From: Folioceros fuciformis
Lineage: Eukaryota
NCBI GenBank assembly: GCA_049999805.1
Contig: JBNGIO010006099.1
Span: forward strand, 1 to 62,844
DNA: 62,844 bases
Direction: 5' to 3'
Position 1 is the first letter of the stretch. The number at the start of each line of letters is the position of its first letter. A program made the translations under genes and the position numbers. Below are positions 25,422 through 37,042 of the stretch, piece after piece. Below the pieces are notes generated by a model that saw nothing but the letters and a program-made list of their open reading frames with translations, ran no database searches and was not told where the DNA came from.

Positions 25422-25980
25422 ACAGTTAAACCTTGTACACACAGGAAGAATCCAACAGTTATTTTGCATACTACCAGTGCGGCATTCCGAATTTCACAAT
25501 CCCTGCGACCTGTGACACCCATAGACCTGGCTGGATGGTCAAAATCATTCTGCCAACATGGCAGGCAAAGCTACCTAACAGGTTGCTGCATTTTCTTGCT
25601 GGCAAACGACACTCCCGGTTAGCGGGCAGCTAGAAGCAGCAGAGAAGAATTTCCGATCCTTTCTCTTCACACAGAGCAAGTTCTACACCGTCTTGGAAGG
25701 TGAACTTGACCTGATACCAAGGCCTTCCACATTAAATCTACAATCAATGGAGTATTACAATGGCACCAACACAAAACTTACAATTGTTGATGCACTAAGG
25801 CTGGGAGCTCATTGACGTCCACTGAGAGGGTCGATGCTGCACAGTAACCACTTCAGGATGGCTCTATGGAAACTCTCGGTGAAGGAACCTGATCCAAGCC
25901 AGCAGGTCACGGCTCGCACCCGGCAACAAAGGCTAACCAAATGCTGGGCAAAACCACCAGCTTGCAGCAGCATTGTAAAG

Positions 25981-28900
25981 TTACAAACGTTCGTCCTGTG
26001 CAACTGACTGGTCATAATCACTCCGCCAATAATTAACATCATTATAATCAGCAATCCCTACTCCATCCTCAGATCTAGCCTCTGCGTCTTTCTCAAGAGC
26101 TGCTCCCACATGTGGCAAAATTGGACCGGCTTCTCCCACGATGCCTTCCTTCAACGCCTTTTCCATTGCTTTAGCAGTACCATCTGGTTCCACTCCCGCA
26201 AATTTCACAGGGCTTCCAAACAAACTCTCCCCTACCTCGGGACCTCCAGGACCTTCATCTTTGTGGTTTTCCAAGATGGGGGTTGAACTAGCATCTGGAA
26301 AATCACTGGCACCAGGGTCTGCACTGCCTTCAAAAACTACCACTCGCTCCAACAGATCAGAGTGGGATGTCTCCACAGGCTCCATGGAGCCTCCAAATCT
26401 TGCATCAAAGGGATTGTCGAAAGGATTATTCTCACCAACCGAATCTCTACCTGATGTTCCCACAACATCCGCAGACTTTGTAGAAAACGGATATGGACTG
26501 CGGTCATCCGAATGAAACAATGATGGACCATCTATCAACCCAACCCTTTGGAGATCATTTGAAAGACCCTGGACAGAATGGAGATTTGTATCCCTGTCAC
26601 GACCAGGCACATCATCTTCTTGATCATCAAAATGGGCGTCAAAACCGCTAGAGAACATGTTATGGCTTGAGGACGTGGCTGTATCCACAAGGTCATCATC
26701 TTCACAAACCACCACTTCATCATCGCTGCTGCTGCCACCGCTGCTATTAGGTGAAGACGTCAGATTTTGACTGTCTTCACGAGAAGAAAGAAAAAAGGGG
26801 GGCAGTGACCAGCCAGGGTTGTTCCCAAACAGGCTATCTTTCCTGCACACGCACCAAGAGAAAATCCCCGTCATCCAACAGCACGGGCAAGGTGGAGTGC
26901 AAGAGAACAGATCTATAAGGACCACCTGCCAAGAAATCTATCACGACTCTACCGTGTGTGGAGATTATGTACTAACCACTCAAAATACAGAGCACAGATA
27001 ATGCAGTACAGAAAAATAACACGCTCAGAGACTTGCCAACCCTACCTTTCAATTCCATCAGTAAGATGATACGGTGCGATGACCACTTCTTGCTCCTCAT
27101 CAAAGAACATTTCCTGTATATTGCCCTGCAATGAGAAACATACAAGCTAATTGCATACCAACAAATAGAGGCAAAAGATTCCAGCTCCCATCAACAGATT
27201 GATGTTTAACCATCAACGTTGAAGGGACTGAACAACATCTACCAACTCACATTTTCTCCATTTGCTCCAGGGCCCTGCAGAGAGTAAAAGGGAAGCAGAT
27301 GAGGAAAGACTGCACATGCTTCACACATATCTAACCACAAAAACCCTGCTACTTCAAGCTTTCTACTCTTCATTGAACACATCGCACCAGTGACCACATA
27401 CCTCTTCTACATCCTCATTGTCAAACATATCAGTGGTGCAATACACTTCACGAGTCAAGTTGTTGGTCATGGAGGGGATATCATAATCCCGCTCACGAAA
27501 GTCATCCTCCTCACTATCCGCTCGGCGATCTACAGCTGATGGCCGCCTACATTCGACAACAAGGCTGTCAGCACCTCCACGACAGCACCAGCCACGGCAC
27601 ATAGAAGCAAAGCCAGCAGGGACCCGCCTCCCCCCTTGCATCAGTGAACCTAGTAGACCACTTACCCACAATTCCAATTGTACAAGTTCTCGATGGCATT
27701 ACGGTCGGTAAGAGTACTGGTGACCCATTCGCCCCACTTAGGATTGGCCTGTTGAAGGAATAACAGTCATCTGAGGTATGTCATCGAAAAACAACAGCAA
27801 CATCTTCCTAATTGTAGAGACGAGAGAAGTCCGCCCGTACAATCCCAAACATACAAAATGCAAAACTCCAGCACGCAATAGCTTTTCATGGCATTTATAA
27901 GCCAACGAAAGTGCTTCCCCTTTCCAAAGATGGGGAACAAAGTCATCCAAACTCCTAATTACCAAGAATCAAGATCACAAGAAATCAATTAGGTTATCTG
28001 CCGTCAGACAACAAGAGAACGTTGGCACACACACCTGAAGATGCAATTGTATCCAAGGGCTGGTGCTCTCAGCAAGCTTATTTGCAATTCTGGTTAGATG
28101 ACCCACATTACCTATCCTTAACGGACGTCTTCCTGGAAACACCTTGGGCTAACAAGGCGAAGTTCAGAAGGTTAGCCCTTCCACAAGGCTTAGAACTAAC
28201 ACATGCTGTTAACTCAGCAATGACACAAACAACAGGACAAAAGAGGCATTGAAGTTTCCTGAAGAGGACAAACCTCTGTGTGGCCCTTGCTCACAAAAGG
28301 ATCTTCATCCGCTTGAAGTAATCTTCCGAGAAAGTCACATTTGATGAAGAGGTCATCAATTACTAATTGCCTGTTACTTTCGATACAAGAGTTCAAGATG
28401 CTCTCTACATGATGGTGCAACATATTGTTGAAAGGATAGCTGCCAAAACACAAGTCAACAGCGACTCAAGCACATTCAAAAGCCTCTCCTTATCTTGCGT
28501 AGTCCCACTTTAGGCTTGCTCAACTTAAACAACCACTTACTCAAAGAAGAGATTGAGGACCATCTCAGTTGCATTCTGACGGACAAGTTCCTGCCGAACT
28601 TCGTCATTATTAGTCCTAAACAAGACTGCAATGAATTCTACAACCTGTTGCACCACAAATTGATTCACATGTCAGTACGACAGTTCAGCGGCTGTAGTCA
28701 CACCAATGACAAGCCTGCCAAGGACACACGTAGCTGAAACTTGAGCACAAGCACACAGCTCACAGTTGACCTAACCTTGAGCCTGTGGATTCCAAGCGGG
28801 GGTTTCAACTGGCCATAAGTTGTTGGCAGGATCTGCGCTTCATCACTGGATACATCCAATAACTTGAGCAAGTCTCCTGTTGAAGCCAGACATCAGCGCC

Positions 28901-31110
28901 AGCCCCAGCGCCAGTGCAGAAGCAAGAGCAAGGTATAACACAATAAAAGTGCACTCAAAGAACATTTCCCAGTCATTGAGCGCCACTGAAACGGCACACC
29001 TAAGTAGACAGCAAAAAACTGCACAAGATACCATGAACATCAGAGTCTCACCTAGCCTAGAAAGCATGGCATCTGTTGGATTCGCTGTGGGCAGGGGTTC
29101 TGAAAAGTGCTGTCCGCGTGCAGCAGCTGCAGCTGCTAGTGATGCTGCCCTCTTTGGATCCAAGAGAGCACAACACACAGACAGCGAGTGTACAAGGGTA
29201 GACTTGCACTGGGGGTCTTCCAACACATGATCAAACAGGCTTGCCACAAACCTGCTACATACAGCAGGAGGAAAAACCTCAGAAACAAGATTCCAACATT
29301 GTGATTCTGACTTATCATTTGACTCCACAGGACAAGTTCTGTGCTGGTATGAACCTGGATGTCGCCAGCTTTGAAGCAAGAGCTGACGGAGCAATACGTG
29401 TCACTGCTGACAATGTGTCGGCAGCATTTGCATGTACCTCCGGTGGATACTAAGCAGCGATGCAGACCGGATCAGATAAGATAAACAGATTAATCTCAAC
29501 GCACAGCATCCTACATGGTAGCTACAAGGGAGCACACCTCTGGGCTTAATTTTTCCACAAGCAGTTCCAACAAGTTCGTTTCAGCCAGCCATTGCAAGGA
29601 GACGGAGTGGAAAGCATGAATATGCTCATCAGCACCAACAAGCCGGATTAGAACCTGAATAAGCAACATTGCATTAAGTTGTCTACCTTCTCAAAGAACT
29701 GAAAAAACGTTTTGGCAAGCATAGACTTCGTCACGCTGAATGTGAAGACAACGCTGGAACATATTGAACACACAGAAAATAACTAAACTCATTTCGAAGA
29801 CAAAAGTACCTCCATAATCGAGGTGATATTAATCAAATTCACCAAATTGTTCAAAATTTCTTGATGTGTCTGGGTACATTACAAAGCTACAAATGAAACC
29901 GCTGGGTGCGCCAAGACAGAAAATGGAGATAAATCTGTTAGCTTAAAACAGAAGAAAGAAGCCCAAATTGCCTCACTTGCAAGTATCGCATCACAGCTCC
30001 TGTCTTCCTGATTAGCAAACATATGACAACCTGTGAAACGAGACAGTGGTGAATGAGGCTCAAACACGAAGTTGACGACCTTCTTGTGGTACCACAAACC
30101 TCTTTACCGAACAGTACGAACCTTACTAAAGTATCCAGACAACAAAGTGCCATGCGGTCGGGTCGGCTCCAAGAACCCAAATAACATATTCATTAGCTGC
30201 AAGGCAAGAAATACAATCTGGTGAATTGGCATAGCCTGCACCGCACCACCCATTGGAGTATAAAATTTTTTGACCCAAACCATAGTCTCAGAATAACAAA
30301 CATTGCCCCTCCCATGTAAAGAGAAGGTATGCTAACATGCGAAAGGTGAAGAACCTGACCTCCTCATCCTCTACAAGAGTGTTGAAAATTGCATCAAGTT
30401 CACATGTGATGACCTCACAGGCGACAAATGGAAACCTACAAAAGACTGGCGAAGATCACCCAAAGAGTCCCTGGCCCTCACAGCACCAGTGTCGTGGCCA
30501 CAACCAACCTCACCTAAACGTCTACACATTTGCCTGTAAGCAAAGCAACATCATACTTGTATGCACGTCCATTATCGGCTCCCTCGGGAGGCTCCTCTAT
30601 GACATACCGCAGCATTTGCTGTACTTGAGGCTTACCCCGCAGGCTACAGGTTTAAAATTTAGGAAAAAAAACCCCGAGTTAGGCCAGAAGGAATAAGGGC
30701 AGCGTGTTGTAGGGTAAGAAAACAATAGACGTGCAATTTCTCCTGCAGTAGCCCCTGAGCTTCTGATTATTCAACGTTTCCAAGTTTTTGAGACTTACAA
30801 GCTGATGAGGCGGCTATTGACCGCTTTACACTCCTGTATGATGTCCTCCTCATTGAGGAGCTCCTCAAGGGTGTACACATCCTTGTCAAGTATCGAATCG
30901 ACCTACACCAAAATGGAATCCGTCAGAGACTTCTCCAATGACATCTTAACCGGAATAATAGAGTCAGTTCCACATAAGCAGATCAAAAGCTGGCCGGCAC
31001 AGAGATCCACGCCTTGTACCGAGGTTTCGTAACCCAGACTGTGGGCCGACAAGTGAGCATGATGCACTTACAGGAGACGTAGCGGAAATGCCAGACACGC
31101 GCCAGAACAT
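25981..31110 (-). CDS. SIT4 phosphatase-associated protein (SAPS; PP6 regulatory subunit), many exons
   Basis: MFWRVSGISATSP start, YTLEELLNEEDIIQECKAVNSRL, FPFVACEVITCE, TTYGQLKPPLGIHRLK, YPFNNMLHHHVE, GNVGHLTRIAN and a C-terminal YNDVNYWR motif. Confidence 0.93.
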
Positions 31111-32337
31111 TTTCTTCAGAAATCCGTCTATGTCTGCGAAGTGTCTTTCCCCGTGCCGAAGCACCGGGCGATCCCCAATGGACAAAAAAACCCAAAAACT
31201 GCAATTCCTGCGCCACGCCCTCCCGAAAGATCTCAAAGATAGCGGTGGCGCCCGCCGCAATGTCCACCGGTCCGTTCAAGAACGGGAATTCCAAACTGTG
31301 AGCTACAGCCTCAGACCTACAATACGGAAGCCTCCGCGGCGTGCCCCTGTCCCGCGNNNNNNNNNNNNNNNNNNNNNNNNNNNNNNNNNNNNNNNNNNNN
31401 NNNNNNNNNNNNNNNNNNNNNNNNNNNNNNNNNNNNNNNNNNNNNNNNNNNNNNNNAGGGCGCCCCAGATCCGGGTCTCACACTCCCGCGCGCATCCACA
31501 GCCCGCCGCCCCTGGACCTCCGCATGGACACCGCCCCCGAGGGGTGCGTTATAGCTCACTGGACGCAGCTTCAATGACCGGCGGAGCGGCTACGCGTTCC
31601 CCTCTTCCTTCCGACGCTGCGGCCTGCTGCTGCAAGCTGAGCTGCGGGCGCGGGAGCTGGAGCTGGAGCTGCTGCTGTTGGTAAGGCGGCGAGAGCGGCT
31701 TCCCCACCAGGAGCTCAGGACGCAGCTGCGAACCCCCGCCACGCCTGCAATGGAGGCAGAGTCTGGGGGCAGATGGCACAAGAGGGCTCGCTCAGGCGCA
31801 CGCAGGTGGGACAAAGACGGCCTCGCAAAGTTGCCTTCCCGTTCCGACGCGAGAGAGAGAAGAGAAGAGAGGAGGAGGAGAGGAGCAGCGAACACAGCTC
31901 GGGGACGCCACCTGAAGCAGATCGTCTCCTGGCCAAACCTGGTAACTCGTGTGACCTTCGTTTTTGCCTTTCAACTTTCAAAGATCTTTCAGTACCCTTG
32001 TTCTCTCTTTTTTTCTCCTTTTTTTTTTCAATCGCCAACGAGTCTCTACAATGCTGCACAGCGTTCTGCGATAGCACTTTCCATAGCTCTTCACAAAGTC
32101 CTGGCTAGAGTAGCTTCTATATAGCTCTACACATAGTTCTGACTACAGCAGAGTTCATAAAACGACTACCACTAGATGACTGGAGACTTCTTCAGCAACA
32201 ATGACATCACTATATCCTTGTAGTACATAGCTATCTCNNNNNNNNNNNNNNNNNNNNNNNNNNNNNNNNNNNNNNNNNNNNNNNNNNNNNNNNNNNNNNN
32301 NNNNNNNNNNNNNNNNNNNNNNNNNNNNNNNNNNNNN

Positions 32338-32651
32338 GTCATGAATCATCAAGAGTTGCCCCATTACAAGCTTGGAGAGTAGGCCAAACATTGGACCAAG
32401 GCTCAGCTCAAAAAGAAGCCATAGGAAACTAAGAAAAAGCCTTGCTCACACCATAGTCATGAATCATCAAGAGTTGCCCCATTACAAGCTTGGAGAGTAG
32501 GCCAAACATTGGACCAAGGCTCAGCTCAAAAAGAAGCCATAGGAAACTAAGAAAAAGCCTTGCTCACACCATAGTCATGAATCATCAAGAGTTGCCCCAT
32601 TACAAGCTTGGAGAGTAGGCTAAACATTGGACCAAGGCTCAGCTCAAAAAG
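32338..32651. repeat. 118-bp tandem repeat, ~2.7 copies, abutting an N-gap
   Basis: GTCATGAATCATCAAGAGTTGCCCC... at 32338, 32456 and 32574; more copies may be hidden in the gap. Confidence 0.95.
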
Positions 32652-33205
32652 ACTTTTGGTACAAGACTATCTTGGCTTGAAAGGCTTAGGTACAAGAACA
32701 CGCAAGAAGACAAGAACTTGCTCCTTTCCTTTCCTTGAGAAAGAGTGAAGATGGCCATGAAACCACCTTATACGAGCTATAACTCTGGCCACCGATTCTT
32801 CCCTCATTTCTCCTTGTTGGGACATGGGACAACCTTTGTCTTCTTATCAAGACGTTTTGGGAAAAGTTTAGGCTGGAGCGCTTACAGGTAAGTAATGGTG
32901 AAGGCTTTCACGTTATTACAGACACCTTTGAAACGGCACCAAAATGTGATTCGAACTTTAAGAACGGTGATGAAGCAATCCCCGCACAGTGGGGTGAAGG
33001 TTCAGCAATTCCAGACTCGGCTCGGCACGGACTGGAGAAGAAGAAGAGATAGACGCGTGTTTCGTGGAACAGGACGGAATGTAGCGCCACTCCACTACCT
33101 ACGTCTAGAAATCCGGTGGCGACTTCCTCATAGCAGCCATGTAGGTGCTAGGCAGGTGCAGTCGAGCCGGTCGAGCGCTTGGAAGCGCTAGCGTGTCGAA
33201 AGCAT

Positions 33206-34957
33206 ATGGAGAGCAGTCGTGGCGCGGCGTCCAACCGGATCGTGCGGGATGATGGTGGGCCTGGCAGGCCGGGCGGATGCGAGCGGGGCGTTACGGCTGC
33301 AAGTGTGAGCAAGCTGTGCGAGCAGGGGCAGCTGGATGTGGCAGTGGAGGGCCTGGGAGTTCTGGTGCAGGCAGACTGTGAGGCTCCCAAGTCTCTGTTC
33401 TACACAGTTTCCAAGGCGTGTTCTAGGGTGGAACACTTGCCGCTATGGCGGCGAGTGCATGCACTGGGGGTGCAGAAGGGGTACGAGTCGGACACGTTCT
33501 TGTGCAACCACATGGTGCGGGTGTATGCTTCCCATGCCAGGTTGGAGGAGGCCATGGCCGTGTTCAGTGCGGTGGAGGAGCCGGATGCCTTCACGTGGTC
33601 GGCGGTGATCTCGGCGCATGTGAGGCTGGGGCGGGACAGGCAGGCCCTAGGGCTCTATCAGCGGATGCGGATGTCGAGCGTGCGGCCGGACGGGCACGTG
33701 TTTGTGGCAGCCCTGCAGGCGTGCGCGAGGGGAGCGGATTTGAGGTCGGGGCAGCAGGTGCATGTGGATGTGCTTGCCGCTGGGGTTGAGCCTGATTCGT
33801 TCGTGTGTAATTGTCTGGTGGATATGTACGCCAAGTGCGGGAGCTTGGGTGAGGCAAGGAGAGTGTTCGACGCGTTAGGGCACAAGAATGTTGTCACCTG
33901 GACCGCTCTCATCGCAGGATATTCCCAGCAGGGCATGGGGCAGGAAGCGCTGCTTCTCTACAGGGCCATGCAGGAGGAGGGAGTTGCTGCTCCCAACTCT
34001 TTCACCTTCGTGTGCCTCCTGCGGGCGTGTGCTAATGTTGCCGCCCTGCAGTTGGGAAGGCAGCTGCACACGCAGATCAAAGCCCTAGGGCTGGAGGCAG
34101 AGGTGCTGGTGGCCACCAGCCTGATCAACATGTATGGCAAGTGCGGGAGCATGGCGGATGCCCAGGAGGTTTTCGATGCCTTGCCGGCAAGGGATGTGGT
34201 CACCTGGAGCGCGCTGATCGCAGGCTACACCTGTCAGGGATCCAGCCAGGTGGTGTTCGGCCTGGTTCGGAGGATGAGACAGGAAGGCATTCAGCCGAAC
34301 GGAGTCACGTTCCTCAGCATACTCACAGTATGCAGCCATGCAGGCCTGGTGGAGGAAGGTCGAGAGTTCTTCCGGGCCATGGGCAGACGGTACCACATCT
34401 CTCCCACCGTCGGTCACTACACGTGCATGGTGGACCTCCTAGGCAAAGCAGGCTTGCTGGACGAGTCCTTGGCCCTGGTCAAAGCCATGCCCATCCTCCC
34501 CGACGCGGCAGTCTGGCTCACTCTGCTGAACGCCAGCCGAAAGTGGAGCAACGCAGAGGTGGGCCGCCATGCTTTCGACCAAGCCGTGAAGCTGGACATG
34601 AAAGATGCGTCGGCGTATGTCCTCATGTCCAACATTTACACCGGTGCTCAGATGTGGGAGCAGGCGCGGGAGCTTCAGGCGTGGAGGAAAGGCGTCGGGG
34701 CGTGGAAGCAGCCTGGCCAGAGCTGGTGGACGGACACGGCCGGGCTGGCGCATAGCTTTTTGGTTGGCGAGCGGAAGCTGCCGGATCGCGAAGCGAGATT
34801 GCAGTGCGTTTACCCCTTTTTGAACGAAGAAGAGCGCGCACCACATTCAAGTGGTTTAGCCTTCTGGCGCGTGGCTCGACTAAAACGGTGTTTCAGTCAC
34901 CATTTTTCACGCGTCCATCTACCATTCTGGGGTCCACACTGGTTTCTGAAACTTTAG
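33206..34957 (+). CDS. PLS-class PPR protein with E1/E2 and a WW-type truncated DYW (E+); organellar RNA-editing specificity factor
   Basis: P-L-S triplets, P2-L2-S2 (CSHAGLVEEG, HYTCMVDLLGKAG), E1/E2 (AYVLMSNIY), then KQPGQSWWTD..HSFLVGE. No in-frame HxE/CxxC deaminase motif. Confidence 0.93.
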   Translation: MESSRGAASNRIVRDDGGPGRPGGCERGVTAASVSKLCEQGQLDVAVEGLGVLVQADCEAPKSLFYTVSKACSRVEHLPLWRRVHALGVQKGYESDTFLCNHMVRVYASHARLEEAMAVFSAVEEPDAFTWSAVISAHVRLGRDRQALGLYQRMRMSSVRPDGHVFVAALQACARGADLRSGQQVHVDVLAAGVEPDSFVCNCLVDMYAKCGSLGEARRVFDALGHKNVVTWTALIAGYSQQGMGQEALLLYRAMQEEGVAAPNSFTFVCLLRACANVAALQLGRQLHTQIKALGLEAEVLVATSLINMYGKCGSMADAQEVFDALPARDVVTWSALIAGYTCQGSSQVVFGLVRRMRQEGIQPNGVTFLSILTVCSHAGLVEEGREFFRAMGRRYHISPTVGHYTCMVDLLGKAGLLDESLALVKAMPILPDAAVWLTLLNASRKWSNAEVGRHAFDQAVKLDMKDASAYVLMSNIYTGAQMWEQARELQAWRKGVGAWKQPGQSWWTDTAGLAHSFLVGERKLPDREARLQCVYPFLNEEERAPHSSGLAFWRVARLKRCFSHHFSRVHLPFWGPHWFLKL

Positions 34958-35359
34958 CGATCGATTGGCGCACATTACCCGGCGGTGCCACTGTCGACGG
35001 TCTCCTGTACGGTACTGTGATCTGCGACCTTACCGACGCGGTTGCTCTCTCTTCCAGCGGTCTTCAGATATAGTCAAGCTAATGCTGGAGCCACGTTCCG
35101 GAACGACCCTTAGCGTCCTGGATTCGAGTTCTTGGGCTTTCCTCCGCTTTGACCTGCCGGCCTGCCGACTGCGGTTCATGAGCGCAGCCTGACGTATCCG
35201 GGGGGGTCGGCCGGAAATCGTTCCTGGAGGTCTTTGGAAGTCGGCACCGGAGTCGCAGGCGTCGGTGCTGGCGGGCGTGCAGGACTTAGTGGGAGCCCCT
35301 GGTTGGCTTACCAGAAGTTGCAAAGGAGGACATACTGATCGTGGAAGCGGGCGGGGTCG

Positions 35360-36571
35360 ATGGACAAGCGGGCGTGCTCCGCAACTTTGCTGTGCTGGGT
35401 CCTGGTGGTGGCCGCCTGCTGCAATGTGGCGGCTCATTCCGGGCACTTGGAGCATGGAGGGAGGCGAAAGCTAGCCCAGCTTCCTGGAGGCTTGCCGGAT
35501 GGGGGGGTGTGGTCCGGCTTCAGGAGCCTGCTGGGTCTATCGTTGGGGGATTCGGCGCCGGGGCTGAGCGATCTCAAGAAATACCTGGTGCAGTTCGGAT
35601 ACCTAGACCCCGCCGACTCGGACTCACAGGTGTTCGACAACCCGATGCTAACTGCGGTGCAGCTGTACCAGAAGAGCTTCAGGCTGAGTGTGACAGGTGT
35701 GCTAGACGTGAAGACGCTGGCTCAGATGATGATGCCGCGGTGCGGGAGAGAAGACGTGGCCAACGGGACAGCCCTGATGCTTGAGACTTTAGGGGAGCTT
35801 CCGCCTCCTCAGCCCGCGAACGCGCCATCGCCCTCTGCTCCTGCGCCTGGCGCGTCCGCGGGCGGGACAAGTCGGCGGCTCCTGAACTGGGGCGTCTCCC
35901 GCTACGCCTTCTTCCCGGGGAGGCCCAAGTGGCGGAGCAAATCCAGGCTCACCTACGCCTTCCAGGTGCAGAATGAGACGACGCAGGTGACGAAGCTGCA
36001 ACGAGAGGAGGCCTTCTTCAATGCCTTCACAGCTTGGGCCGCGGTGGTGCCCATCACCTTCACGCAGATCCAGGACTACAACCAGGCGGACATCACAATC
36101 CAGTTTGCTTACCTGGACCACGGCGACGGGGAGCCCTTCGATGGGGAGCTCGGGGTTCTGGCCCACGCCTTCTCTCCTGAGGACGGCAGGTTTCACCTGG
36201 ACAATGCCGAGCTGTGGACGGTGGACGTGAAGGCCAGCACGTCGCCTTACAACATCGACTTGCAGTCGGTGGCGTTGCACGAGATTGGGCACCTCTTAGG
36301 GTTGGGCCACTCGGGGGACCAGAACGCCATCATGTTCCCTAGCATCAGCCCGCAAGAAGCCAAGCAGGTGCTCATGAGTGACGACATCGCCGGTGCGCAG
36401 GCTCTGTACGGGGCGAACCCCAATTACGACCCAAACGCGCCACTGCCCACTTTCGATCCCAACAATCAGGCAGTTGGGAAGAATGGCGCACAGACCTTAC
36501 TTTCTCATTGTACTCTAGTCTCCGCCTCGGTGGCCACGTTTTTTGCGACGGTTACTCTTTTGTGGAGATGA
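35360..36571 (+). CDS. Matrix metalloproteinase (peptidase M10), secreted and probably GPI-anchored
   Basis: Signal peptide, LKKYLVQFGY, cysteine switch PRCGRED, FDGELGVLAHAF, HEIGHLLGLGH, Met-turn AIMFP and a hydrophobic C-terminal tail. Confidence 0.95.
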   Translation: MDKRACSATLLCWVLVVAACCNVAAHSGHLEHGGRRKLAQLPGGLPDGGVWSGFRSLLGLSLGDSAPGLSDLKKYLVQFGYLDPADSDSQVFDNPMLTAVQLYQKSFRLSVTGVLDVKTLAQMMMPRCGREDVANGTALMLETLGELPPPQPANAPSPSAPAPGASAGGTSRRLLNWGVSRYAFFPGRPKWRSKSRLTYAFQVQNETTQVTKLQREEAFFNAFTAWAAVVPITFTQIQDYNQADITIQFAYLDHGDGEPFDGELGVLAHAFSPEDGRFHLDNAELWTVDVKASTSPYNIDLQSVALHEIGHLLGLGHSGDQNAIMFPSISPQEAKQVLMSDDIAGAQALYGANPNYDPNAPLPTFDPNNQAVGKNGAQTLLSHCTLVSASVATFFATVTLLWR

Positions 36572-37042
36572 GCCTGAGCCGAGGCGACGTGACCAAAGCC
36601 ATGTCGTTTAGTCTGGAGACAGAATCGTGATTGTACCTTGGCACCACAGGCCGCACAAAGCCCTTCCCCCATTCGTTGTTCTTGAGTAGACAAGGTACAG
36701 ATTTGTTAAGCACGTCTCGTCCAACTACCTCATCTAACAAATATCCACTGCCTAGCCTAGAAGGAGCAAAACTTGGTGAAGACAGGGAGACAGACAGACA
36801 AACTCCTATATGCTACACACGCACACCAAACTGGCTCCAACGCATAGTTGAGGGCGTGAACGGTGGACAGTCTCCAGGATATTATACGATGGTACAGCGG
36901 CAGCCATTTCTGGAAGGAAACCACATTGCAATCAAATGAAAGGAAAGGGCTTGATTAGTAGCAGGCTTCCAACCCGAGGACTGCCAACAGTTTCCGAAAC
37001 GAACGACGCGAAACCAAGTATTTCAAAAGAGAACAGTCTGAC

